Of a DNA stretch of 64,000 bases, positions 39,010 through 48,225 are shown in pieces. How positions within the stretch are numbered: the stretch's first letter is position 1; each line of letters begins with the position of its first letter. Where the stretch lies: the IMG/VR virus record IMGVR_UViG_3300027759_000070, positions 22,972-86,971 of that record, one strand, 5' to 3'. Origin of the DNA: a virus. The notes beneath the pieces were generated by a model, which saw nothing but the letters and a program-made list of their open reading frames with translations, searched no databases and was not told where the DNA came from. Made by a program: the position numbers and the translations under genes.

Positions 39010-40814
39010 AAAAAATTAATTTCCAAAAAATAAGTATTAAAAACTTTTTATCTTTTGGTGAAATCCCTGTAGTCCTAGAGTTTAAAACTGGATTACATAT
39101 TATTACTGGGATAAACAGAGATAAATCTGATAGACAAAATGGATTAGGAAAATCTGCAATGATGGAATCATTGTATTTTTGTATTTTCGGGACAACTATA
39201 CGAGACTTGAAAAAGGATTTAATTCCAAATGCATTTACTAATGGTGTTTGTGAAGTTATATTAGATTTTGAAGTAGTGTCTGGTAAAAAGAAAGATTCGT
39301 ATAAAGTCATTAGAACTTTGAATCCTTCTAAATTATATTTTTATAAAAATGATCAAGATGTAACAAGAGATTCAATCAAAAATACTGAAGAAGATTTGCA
39401 TACTATATTACATGCTTCTCCTAGTGTTTTTGAAAATTGTGTTATTATGACCCTTAATAACACAATTCCATTCATGGCTAAGGCCAAAGCAGATAAAAGA
39501 AAGTTCATTGAAAGTATTTTCAATTTGGATATTTTCAGTAAAATGCTTTCAAAAATTAAAGAAGAACATACAGAAAAAAAGAAAGAGTATGAAATTGAAC
39601 TTACAAAGATGGAAGAGTCGGAACGATCTTTGAAGAATTTAACTATACAACGAGATACTATTCTATCCAATCGTAAAAATAAAAATTTAATTTATGAAAA
39701 AAGAAAAGTAGATAATCTGGAAGAAAAACAAAGATTTTCGGAAGAACTGGATAAACATGAAGTTTGTAATTTAGAAGAAATTAAAACTAATCTCAAGAAT
39801 CTGAAAAAAGCTAAACTTTCAGTAGAAGAAAATATCGATAAATTGAATGATGAACGGTCTTCGTTGAGAGCAACAGCAAGTCATAACGAGAAACTTTTGC
39901 CTAAAATTGGTGTGTCTGGATCTTCTTGTCCAGTATGTCTGCGTTCTGTTAATGAGCATGATAAAGAATACATAAAAGAAGAGAAGTTAAAGATTAACGA
40001 TATCATTATTAAATTAAATAATGATATTAAAGTTCTTGATGAAAAAATAGAAACACTGAAGTCTAATAAAAGTAAATTAGAAAAGGCATACGAGAAGTAT
40101 AATAAAAAGATCAGTCAAATAGAAGTGGCTGAACAAAAAAAGAAAAGCATAAAGGATAGAATCAAACAATTAGATACTTGGTTAATTCAACTTGATTCTG
40201 ACATAGAAGAATTGAAGTCTGAAAAAACTGAAGCAGATCCATTTCTAAAAACACAAATAGACATCATACAAACCATCAAGGATTCTGTTAATAAATGCAG
40301 ATATGATTTAAATTTGATGGATACGGTAAAATTTATTGTATCTGAAGATGGTGTAAAATCTTATATAGTTAAAAAGATTTTACAGATGTTTAATGATAGA
40401 CTTAGATATTATCTATCAAAGATGGATGCAAACTGTATCTGTAATTTTAATGAATACTTCGAAGAGGAAATTGTAAACGAAAAGAATAAAATTTGTTCTT
40501 ATTTTAATTTTTCTGGTGCAGAAAGAAAAAATATTGATTTCTCATGTTTGTTTACTTTCATGGATATCAGAAGACTCCAAGGAAATGTTACATATAATAT
40601 TAGTATATATGATGAATTATTTGATAGTTGTTTAGATGAAAAAGGTATCGATCTTGTTACCAAAATAATTAAAGAACGAGTAGAAAAATATAATGAATGC
40701 GTTCTGGTTATCTCACACAGAAAAGAAAGCGTGAAATCATCTACGGGGGATGTTATATTTTTAGAGAAAAAAGACGGGATTACATCAAGGATAGATTATA
40801 ATCCATTCTTGTAA
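39006..40814 (+). CDS. gp46: Recombination ATPase gp46 (Rad50/SbcC-like)
   Basis: KNFLSFG, NGLGKS, CPVC zinc hook, FSGAE, DELFD, ISH. Confidence 0.95.
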   Translation: MKKINFQKISIKNFLSFGEIPVVLEFKTGLHIITGINRDKSDRQNGLGKSAMMESLYFCIFGTTIRDLKKDLIPNAFTNGVCEVILDFEVVSGKKKDSYKVIRTLNPSKLYFYKNDQDVTRDSIKNTEEDLHTILHASPSVFENCVIMTLNNTIPFMAKAKADKRKFIESIFNLDIFSKMLSKIKEEHTEKKKEYEIELTKMEESERSLKNLTIQRDTILSNRKNKNLIYEKRKVDNLEEKQRFSEELDKHEVCNLEEIKTNLKNLKKAKLSVEENIDKLNDERSSLRATASHNEKLLPKIGVSGSSCPVCLRSVNEHDKEYIKEEKLKINDIIIKLNNDIKVLDEKIETLKSNKSKLEKAYEKYNKKISQIEVAEQKKKSIKDRIKQLDTWLIQLDSDIEELKSEKTEADPFLKTQIDIIQTIKDSVNKCRYDLNLMDTVKFIVSEDGVKSYIVKKILQMFNDRLRYYLSKMDANCICNFNEYFEEEIVNEKNKICSYFNFSGAERKNIDFSCLFTFMDIRRLQGNVTYNISIYDELFDSCLDEKGIDLVTKIIKERVEKYNECVLVISHRKESVKSSTGDVIFLEKKDGITSRIDYNPFL

Positions 40815-40817
40815 AAG

Positions 40818-40852
40818 AAAAAGGGAGCAGAAATAAATCTGCTCCCTTTTTT
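40818..40852 (+). terminator. Bidirectional intrinsic terminator
   Basis: AAAAAGGGAGCAGA-aataaa-TCTGCTCCCTTTTTT between convergent genes. Confidence 0.9.
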
Positions 40853-40866
40853 AATGTCTTAATAGT

Positions 40867-41085
40867 TTATGTCTGTGATACAAATGAGTAGAGTTCTTCG
40901 GCTCTAGCCAAGATATCCGAAGTCTTCGGATATAAAGAATCTACTAATGTAACATCATAAACTTCATTTTTTTTGTCTGCGTTTACTCTATGTGTGTCTA
41001 GCTTTTGGTGGTACGTTCCAACCAAATCGCTATGTGCCATAGATAAAACGTCCAGACGAATTTCGTATGCGTTTTTATTGCTCAT
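40867..41085 (-). CDS. Small hypothetical protein
   Basis: 72 aa, AYEIRLDVL.MA ... YP....IL..AEELYSFV; GAAAGGAG Shine-Dalgarno and ATAAATA upstream. Confidence 0.8.
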   Translation of the reverse strand: MSNKNAYEIRLDVLSMAHSDLVGTYHQKLDTHRVNADKKNEVYDVTLVDSLYPKTSDILARAEELYSFVSQT

Positions 41086-41183
41086 ATGTGTGTATGTCTC
41101 CTTTCTACAAATTTATTTATATTGTAAATATTTTTTTTCAACAAATTATTGAATTTTTTTTAAATAGATATAAATCTATTTAA

Positions 41184-42392
41184 ATGATAACATCCTTTAC
41201 ACCTCCTAAACCATTTCAAGGATTTACTCCTGTTGTTCCTCAATCACCAACACCACAACAAAACTCTTTACCCCAAGAACCATCAGAAACACAATTACCG
41301 AGAGTTATCCAGTTTGGTGCAGATTTGAGTGGTTGTGGGTTATATCGTCTAGGGTGGGTTAGTCATCTTTTAAATTATCAAGGATCTATGATGGTTACAG
41401 ACACTACCGTAATGGTATTAGATCCTAGATGGTATGTTAATGTAAAAGCTGTCAGATTACAAAGACAAGCTACATCAGCTCAATTGGAGTTTGTTAAATT
41501 TTTAAAAGATGTTCAAAAAAAAGTTGGATTTAAGATCATTTACGAAGTTGATGATGTAGTTTTTAGAGAAGATATTCCCGATTATAATAAATTTAAAACC
41601 GCATTTACATCTGATGAAATTAGAAATAATGTAAAAGAAATTATAAATCTTTGTGATGAAGTTAGTGTAACTTGTGATTACATGAGAAATTTATACACAG
41701 AAAGAGTTGGAAAGAAAGAGATTACTGTTATTCCTAATTTTCCTGCTAAATTTTGGATAGGTAATTATTTTAATCCTAATAGAATAAATGATTTATATGA
41801 CAAAAATAAAAAGAAGCCTCGTGTCCTTTATGCTGGTAGTGGTGCTCATTTTGATGTCGAAAATCGAGTGGGTCAAAAAGACGATTTCGAACATGTCATC
41901 AAAGCAATAATCGACTCCAGACACAAATATCAGTGGGTGTTTTTGGGTGCTTTCCCTCCCCCAATCAGACCATACATTGAAAACGGAGACATTGAATTTC
42001 ACCAATGGCAGAGACTCTACGATTATCCGCAAAAGATTTATGATTTGGGAGTACAGATGATGGTTGCGCCTTTGCAGGACAATTCATTCAATAGATCCAA
42101 GAGTGATTTGAAATATATCGAAGCATGTGCATACGGATTACCTGTTGCGTGTCAAGATATGTGTACATATAAAGATGCTGAACTTAAATTCAAAACAGGC
42201 GATGAAATGTTATATCGCATGGAATATGAACTCAGCAGAGCAGGACATTACAAGAATAGCACATATAAGAGACGAAAAGTTGCAGAAGATCGCTTCTTGG
42301 AATTGGATCGTAACTTAGGTTGTTATAATGAATTGTTCTTGACTCCATATGGGTCACCCGAAAGAAAGAATCTAAAACGATACAATCCTTGA
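41184..42392 (+). CDS. GT-B glycosyltransferase upstream of DNA polymerase
   Basis: GCGLYR, YEVDD, VIPN, YAGS..H, APLQDNSFNRSKSDLKYIEA. Confidence 0.8.
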   Translation: MITSFTPPKPFQGFTPVVPQSPTPQQNSLPQEPSETQLPRVIQFGADLSGCGLYRLGWVSHLLNYQGSMMVTDTTVMVLDPRWYVNVKAVRLQRQATSAQLEFVKFLKDVQKKVGFKIIYEVDDVVFREDIPDYNKFKTAFTSDEIRNNVKEIINLCDEVSVTCDYMRNLYTERVGKKEITVIPNFPAKFWIGNYFNPNRINDLYDKNKKKPRVLYAGSGAHFDVENRVGQKDDFEHVIKAIIDSRHKYQWVFLGAFPPPIRPYIENGDIEFHQWQRLYDYPQKIYDLGVQMMVAPLQDNSFNRSKSDLKYIEACAYGLPVACQDMCTYKDAELKFKTGDEMLYRMEYELSRAGHYKNSTYKRRKVAEDRFLELDRNLGCYNELFLTPYGSPERKNLKRYNP

Positions 42393-42417
42393 TTTGTTGT
42401 AAAATGTGTGGTATCAT
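42389..42417 (+). promoter_or_regulatory. Sigma70-like promoter of DNA polymerase
   Basis: TTGATT-N17-TATCAT with TG, 6 nt before ATG. Confidence 0.65.
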
Positions 42418-42423
42418 AGATAA

Positions 42424-44985
42424 ATGGTAGGATATCGTAATGCTGTATACAATTATAAAGATAAAGTAGTTGACATTTTTACTTGGGACGAGGAAGGTAA
42501 ACGCATAGTTACTTCTGTCGAATGTCATCCATATTTCTTTTATGAGGATAATAGTGGATTAGATTTTAGTATTTTTAATACTAATCTCAGAAAAAAAGAA
42601 TTTGGTAATGTCTTTGATAAAAATAAATTTATCAAAGAACGTGGTCTTAAAAGAATTTTTGACAACTACAATCCAGTACAACAATCATTGATTGATATGT
42701 ATTGGAGTCATAATGATGACGAAGATTTTACTAAATTTGGATTAAAAATATATTTTGTTGACATCGAAGCTGTTGGCGAAAACGGATTTTCGTCTCCTCA
42801 TGATCCAAACGATGAGATCAACGTAATCACAGTTTACAATTCTATCTCAAAGAAGTATTATGTTTGGGGAACACAACCATATACCGCGAAAAATGATGAC
42901 GTAGTATACATTTATTGTGGTTCGGAATACGTCCTTTTGAAGAAATTTTTAGATTTTATGAAGTCAGATCCACCAGATATTTTGTCTGGATGGAATAGTG
43001 ACAGGTATGATGTACCATATATCATAAACAGGTTAGAAAAAATATTAGGGGCTGAAGAAACTAATAGTATATCTCCATACAGCAGAAGATATACTAAAAT
43101 GTTTAATGGTAAATTTGGCAAAAAAGAAATTGTCCACAGAATTGATGGGGTGTCTTGTGTTGATTACATGGATATCTACAAGAAATTCTGCCCTGTTAAT
43201 AGGGAAAGTTATAAATTAGATTATATTGGTCAAGTAGAATTGGATGAATTCAAAGTAGATTATGGCGATAAGAGTCTATATGAATTCATGTCGAGCGATT
43301 GGGACACATTTGTAGATTACAACATACAAGACGTTAGACTATTGGTGAATCTCGAAAAAAAACTTCAGTATATTGAGTTATTAAGAATGCTATCATATAC
43401 TGGATGTACTACATTTGAGTCTGCGTTGGGTACTGTGAGTGTGGTTACGGGAGCAGCAGGTATAGAGGCAAGAAAGCGCAACCAAAGGCTATATACAGCA
43501 GTAGTAGATGATGACCAGCAGAAAGAATTTAAGGGTGGATTTGTATTTCATCCTGTAGCTGGACATCATACATCAATAGTTAGTTTTGATGCGAATTCGC
43601 TGTATCCTAATACAATGATTACATTGAATACTTCACCAGAAACCAAGGTAGGGAAAATCATTGGAATAGAAAATAATAAGATTTCTATTAGAACGGTAGA
43701 TGGTGTCATTGTTGAAATGACCGTTTCCGAATTCAACAAATATATTAAAAAGGAAAAGATTTCTATTTCCAGAGCTAAAGTTTTGTTTTCTCAAAAAAAG
43801 AAAGGTGTTCTTTCTGAATTAGTGGATCAATACTACAAAAAACGTGTAAAAACCAGAAAAGAGATTAAAAAACTGGAAGACGGTATGCATGATCTTTCTT
43901 TAGAGGAACTTGAAAGAAGAGAGACAAAAATCAGTCAGTTAGAAACCAAACAACAATCTATTAAGATTTTCATTAATAGTGTTTATGGTGCTTGTGGTAA
44001 TGAATATTGTGCGATTGCTGATACCGACATTGCAGAATCAATTACGTTGACTGGACAGGCAGTAATCAAACAATCCAGAGAAATATTTAAAAATTTTGTT
44101 TCGGAAAAAACTGGAGAAACAGATATAAAGTTTTTAGAAAAAGGGCTTATAGCAGGAGATACTGACAGTATGTATGTATCTGTTGATCAGCTTATTACAA
44201 AATTTTCTGAAAATGGAAAAGTTTTAAAAGATGTATATAAGATTGTAGATGAGTTTCAAAAATATTTAAACGACAATATTAAGTCATGGGCACAAAAAAC
44301 TCTTAATACACTAGATTGTCGATTTGAATTCAAAAGAGAAAACATGTGTGATGCTGGAATTTTTCTTGAAAAGAAACGATATGTGTTACATGTTTTGGAT
44401 AAAGAAGGGAAAAAGTGTGACAGTTGGAAGTATACTGGTGTTGAGGTAGTCAGTACTACAATGCCAAAGGCTATTAAGCCTTATGTTAAAGAAATCATAC
44501 AGAATATCATTCTAACAAAATCGGAAGAATCTACAAATAGGATTTTCAAAGAAGCATATGATAAATTTTTAGAAATGGATGTGACAGACATTTCAGTTGT
44601 TAAAGGCATTAGGAATCTAGAAAAATACGAGGCACTTTCAGATGGATTTAATACGGTAAAGGGTATGCCGTGTCATGTTAAATCTGCTTACTATTATAAT
44701 TTATTATTAGAAGAATTAGGATTGAATAAAAAATATGAAAAGATTTCCAGCGGAGATAAAATAAAATATTTTTATGTTGAAACACCAAATAAATACGCAA
44801 TAGAAACAATCGCATTTAAAACTAGATATCCTGTAGAGTTTAAAAGTTTTCTTAAACCAGATACACAAATTATGTTTGAAAAAGATATGTATATGTGTAT
44901 TGAAAGATTTTATAATGTTATGAAATGGGTTATCAGAAAACCAACAGAACAATTGAGATGTACGTTAGACGATCTTTTTAGTTGA
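42424..44985 (+). CDS. gp43: Family B DNA polymerase (gp43)
   Basis: DIE, GWN...YD, YNIQD exonuclease motifs; SFDANSLYP, KIFINSVYG, GDTDS, KKRY polymerase motifs; no intein evident. Confidence 0.97.
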   Translation: MVGYRNAVYNYKDKVVDIFTWDEEGKRIVTSVECHPYFFYEDNSGLDFSIFNTNLRKKEFGNVFDKNKFIKERGLKRIFDNYNPVQQSLIDMYWSHNDDEDFTKFGLKIYFVDIEAVGENGFSSPHDPNDEINVITVYNSISKKYYVWGTQPYTAKNDDVVYIYCGSEYVLLKKFLDFMKSDPPDILSGWNSDRYDVPYIINRLEKILGAEETNSISPYSRRYTKMFNGKFGKKEIVHRIDGVSCVDYMDIYKKFCPVNRESYKLDYIGQVELDEFKVDYGDKSLYEFMSSDWDTFVDYNIQDVRLLVNLEKKLQYIELLRMLSYTGCTTFESALGTVSVVTGAAGIEARKRNQRLYTAVVDDDQQKEFKGGFVFHPVAGHHTSIVSFDANSLYPNTMITLNTSPETKVGKIIGIENNKISIRTVDGVIVEMTVSEFNKYIKKEKISISRAKVLFSQKKKGVLSELVDQYYKKRVKTRKEIKKLEDGMHDLSLEELERRETKISQLETKQQSIKIFINSVYGACGNEYCAIADTDIAESITLTGQAVIKQSREIFKNFVSEKTGETDIKFLEKGLIAGDTDSMYVSVDQLITKFSENGKVLKDVYKIVDEFQKYLNDNIKSWAQKTLNTLDCRFEFKRENMCDAGIFLEKKRYVLHVLDKEGKKCDSWKYTGVEVVSTTMPKAIKPYVKEIIQNIILTKSEESTNRIFKEAYDKFLEMDVTDISVVKGIRNLEKYEALSDGFNTVKGMPCHVKSAYYYNLLLEELGLNKKYEKISSGDKIKYFYVETPNKYAIETIAFKTRYPVEFKSFLKPDTQIMFEKDMYMCIERFYNVMKWVIRKPTEQLRCTLDDLFS

Positions 44986-45016
44986 AAATTTTAATAGGTT
45001 TCATAAATATTTTTTT

Positions 45017-45373
45017 ATGAAACTTATTACATTCATTGATTCAATTGGTAGAAATATTATTGGCGAGGAACTTTCTAGTTCTGAAGGTAAAATTTCTGTG
45101 AAGAACCCTGCTATGATTAATGTGGCTCAGGCCCAAAATGGACAATTGCAAGTGCAGTTAATTCCATTGTTCTTTGCGGAATTTATCGCAACTTCTAGTA
45201 GAACAGAAGGAAGCGCATGGACATTTAACACTGGTAGCATTACCTTGGGTGATGTTACGGTGGATGATCGTCTTCAAGAGCAGTATGTCAAAGTATTCTC
45301 TGCCGCATCGTCTGCTCCCCAAGATGAATCTGGAAAAAGTGATGAGAGTGTAATTAAATTGTTTGATGAATAA
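45017..45373 (+). CDS. Hypothetical protein (Sm-like beta fold possible)
   Basis: 118 aa, IIGE, VKNPA; located after polymerase. Confidence 0.75.
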   Translation: MKLITFIDSIGRNIIGEELSSSEGKISVKNPAMINVAQAQNGQLQVQLIPLFFAEFIATSSRTEGSAWTFNTGSITLGDVTVDDRLQEQYVKVFSAASSAPQDESGKSDESVIKLFDE

Positions 45374-45400
45374 TAAACCGTAAGAGATTGTTTGCATAAT

Positions 45401-45432
45401 AAAAAACCCCGAATAAAAGTTCGGGGTTTTTT
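45401..45432 (+). terminator. Intrinsic terminator
   Basis: AAAAAACCCCGAA-taaaag-TTCGGGGTTTTTT. Confidence 0.9.
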
Positions 45433-45433
45433 A

Positions 45434-45461
45434 TTGATTTTATACAAACTTATGTTATAAT
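45434..45461 (+). promoter_or_regulatory. Sigma70-like promoter of uvsX
   Basis: TTGATT-N16-TATAAT with TG, 6 nt before ATG. Confidence 0.7.
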
Positions 45462-45467
45462 CCAAAG

Positions 45468-46574
45468 ATGGATAAAGATATTCTTAAAGTTTTAGAAGTA
45501 TTGGAAGAGGGAAACCCGTTTGTTTCTTTTTTAAAAGATTCAACTCTAAGCAGAGTTGACAAGTGGTTCAGTACAGGAAGTTATGCATTGGATGCTATTA
45601 TTAGTGGAAGGATGAGAAATGGTGGCGTTCCTAGTGGTCGCTTGACTATGTTTTATGGTGAGAGTATGACGTACAAATCTTCGGTTGTCCAAAAGATTTT
45701 AGCGAATGCTCAGAAGGAAGGACTCATTCCTGTGATTTTCGATTCCGAAAATGCTATTGACCCAGAGGGTGCTGAACGTCTAGGTTTGGATACATCAAAG
45801 GTAAAATATGTTCCTATTTTTAATATAGAGCAATGTCGAAACAGTTTACATAAGTTCTTGATGAATGTTAAGGAGAAGGGACTAGAAGGAAAATTTATCG
45901 TGGCTATTGATTCTCTTGGAAACTTGGAGAGTGCTCTAGAGACTGCTAGAATTGAAAAAGATTCCCACAGTATTGATATGGGGACCAGAGCAAGAGCAAT
46001 TAAATCATTGCTGCGTACATGCACACAATTGTCCGCTATGACAAAGACATCCATTATTATTACGAATCATTTGTATGATAACCCTGGTGATCTACATCCA
46101 ACTTTAGTTAAAAATATGCCTGGTGGTAAGGCTTGTGTGTACCTTCCTTCCGTTTCGGTTCAATTCATGAGGAAGCCAGTAAAGGAAGATGTTGTCAAAT
46201 CTGAAAATAATGGATTGGCAGTTGGACAAAGAAATTATGTGGGTATTATTATCAGAGCACTGACAGCAAAAAATAGGTTCATTAAGCAATACTTGGAGAG
46301 TGAACTTTATATTTCGTTTGCTGGTGGAGCAGATAAGTATCATGGATTACTAGACTTAGCTGTAGGTTTAGGCATCATCGAACAAACTGGATCGACATAT
46401 AGTTTCAATGGAGAAAAACTTGGATATGCTAAATCCTTTATCAACAAAACTGCATTTTGGGATGGTATTATTCCCTTAATTGATGAAAAGATAAAGATTG
46501 AATGGGCATATTCATCAAATCAAGCAAAAGAAAATACTGCATTGGAAAGTGAAATAGAAGAAGAACAAGAATAA
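45468..46574 (+). CDS. uvsX: RecA-like recombinase UvsX
   Basis: STGSYALDAIISG, GESMTYKS (variant Walker A), FDSENA, IDSLGNL, TNH.Y, GG, KNRF. Confidence 0.93.
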   Translation: MDKDILKVLEVLEEGNPFVSFLKDSTLSRVDKWFSTGSYALDAIISGRMRNGGVPSGRLTMFYGESMTYKSSVVQKILANAQKEGLIPVIFDSENAIDPEGAERLGLDTSKVKYVPIFNIEQCRNSLHKFLMNVKEKGLEGKFIVAIDSLGNLESALETARIEKDSHSIDMGTRARAIKSLLRTCTQLSAMTKTSIIITNHLYDNPGDLHPTLVKNMPGGKACVYLPSVSVQFMRKPVKEDVVKSENNGLAVGQRNYVGIIIRALTAKNRFIKQYLESELYISFAGGADKYHGLLDLAVGLGIIEQTGSTYSFNGEKLGYAKSFINKTAFWDGIIPLIDEKIKIEWAYSSNQAKENTALESEIEEEQE

Positions 46575-46582
46575 ATAGACTT

Positions 46583-46807
46583 ATGAATAATATAAATTCA
46601 ATATCTTCGGTTTTGTTTACAGAGTTTGCTAAAATGGGTAAATATGTTGCTGTACATGCAGAAGGAAATATACTAGTAGTAAAAGTTGGAGATGCTGATA
46701 CCAGAATAATGAACTGGGAAACAATGCCAGCTACTTCTATATTAGAAATAGCAAAAGGTCTTACAATAAAAGAGAGTTTTAGAGGAAGTACATTACTTCA
46801 TGGATAA
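46583..46807 (+). CDS. Hypothetical protein
   Basis: 74 aa ORF between uvsX and a terminator. Confidence 0.6.
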   Translation: MNNINSISSVLFTEFAKMGKYVAVHAEGNILVVKVGDADTRIMNWETMPATSILEIAKGLTIKESFRGSTLLHG

Positions 46808-46808
46808 T

Positions 46809-46847
46809 AAAAAAGCCCCTTTTAAGGGGCTTTTAAGGGGCTTTTTT
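46809..46847 (+). terminator. Bidirectional terminator with duplicated arm
   Basis: AAAAAAGCCCCTTTTAAGGGGCTTTTAAGGGGCTTTTTT between convergent genes. Confidence 0.85.
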
Positions 46848-46848
46848 A

Positions 46849-47460
46849 TTAATATCTTCTGTATCTTTCTTCCATCATAAATCTATGCTGACGAGATTTA
46901 TGATAATTTTCCTTTAATAGTTTATCAACAGCTTTTGGTGACAATTTAATACTTTCTTTCTTTAAAATGTTATTTATGTGCGGTTCTGCTACTGGTCTTT
47001 GTGATTCGCATTCTTCGTCTTCTTCACTCATATCTCCCTCTAGACTCCCCATGTCTTCTTCTTGTCCTTCATGCTCTTCGTGTTCTTGATAGTCCGATTC
47101 TTCGCTTTCGTGGTCTTTATCTGAAGGTAATCCGTCCTCTACTCCAGACATATTATCTTCGGATTCTTGTCTTGCATCCGAAATTGAATTTTTCAATTCT
47201 GGTTTAAATTTTCCATTAGTAACTTCATCATCACTTGCAACTCTGATGATGTCTTCGTCAGCAACATCATTAATATCTACGTCATCACCTTTTTCTCTCC
47301 TTAGAAGGTCTGCTATTTTACCTACTGCATAAGTGGGTGAGTTACCCAATGATGTGCGTACAAACAAATTTGATATTCTTTGTTTCAATTCATCCGAATG
47401 AAGTCTTCCTTCTGTTAAAACTGAACGATTAGCCCAACCTGGACGATTTAAAATACTCAT
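46849..47460 (-). CDS. Acidic hypothetical late protein
   Basis: ATAAATA-N5-ATG at 47460 (MSILNRPGW); E/D-rich tract; LTE, LKE sites. Confidence 0.7.
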   Translation of the reverse strand: MSILNRPGWANRSVLTEGRLHSDELKQRISNLFVRTSLGNSPTYAVGKIADLLRREKGDDVDINDVADEDIIRVASDDEVTNGKFKPELKNSISDARQESEDNMSGVEDGLPSDKDHESEESDYQEHEEHEGQEEDMGSLEGDMSEEDEECESQRPVAEPHINNILKKESIKLSPKAVDKLLKENYHKSRQHRFMMEERYRRY

Positions 47461-47507
47461 ATTACTATTTATTGATTTTAAAACAATTTGTAATAAATTT
47501 ATTACAA

Positions 47508-48194
47508 ATGATACCAAAATTAGTTATAACCGCATGTACTAGGAAAACTGAACAAGAAGCATTAAATTTGCCGATATTTCGTTCTTGGAGGGATGGTCTT
47601 AATACCCCGAATTACAAATTGGATATAGTTTGGGGAAACACGGAAGGATTATCAAAAGTATACAATCAAAAAATAGAAGAATACAAAGACACTCAAGTTG
47701 AATTTTTGGTTTGTGTTCATGATGATGTATATATTGATGATTTAAAACTTTACGAAAAACTATCACAAGGACATAAATTGGGATATAACATAATTGGATT
47801 AGCAGGTGGACTAAATCCTAAATTGACAAACCCCGCATTATGGCATATAATGACCGAAAGAAATCAGCAAAGAGGACAGGTTGCTCATCCAGCAGGAAGT
47901 CCAAATCAAAATATGGTGACTCCTTTTGGCCCAACACCATCTAGAGTTGCGATAGCTGATGGGTTATTTTTAGCAATACATCTACCATCAGTTACAAAAA
48001 CAAAATGGAAATTTAACGAAAATTATACATTTCATCACTATGATATCGCAAGTTGTATTGATGCAAATAGAGAAAAATTAAAAATTGGTGTATACCCAAT
48101 TCATGTCATACATAGCTCACCAGGTTTAATGTCTATTCATGATAAAATGTGGTCTGATAGTAATGAAACATTTCTAAAAGAATATCAACAGTAG
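47508..48194 (+). CDS. GT-A glycosyltransferase (Glyco_tranf_2_5-like)
   Basis: GLSKVYN, VCVHDDVYIDD, IIGLAG, DGLFLA, FHHYD, HSSPG. Confidence 0.8.
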   Translation: MIPKLVITACTRKTEQEALNLPIFRSWRDGLNTPNYKLDIVWGNTEGLSKVYNQKIEEYKDTQVEFLVCVHDDVYIDDLKLYEKLSQGHKLGYNIIGLAGGLNPKLTNPALWHIMTERNQQRGQVAHPAGSPNQNMVTPFGPTPSRVAIADGLFLAIHLPSVTKTKWKFNENYTFHHYDIASCIDANREKLKIGVYPIHVIHSSPGLMSIHDKMWSDSNETFLKEYQQ

Positions 48195-48225
48195 ACTTTT
48201 TTAACATTTTAATTAAATGTTAAAG

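Noticed and set aside
42424-44985. Intein/intron or split polymerase
   Set aside because: Single 853 aa frame with normally spaced motifs
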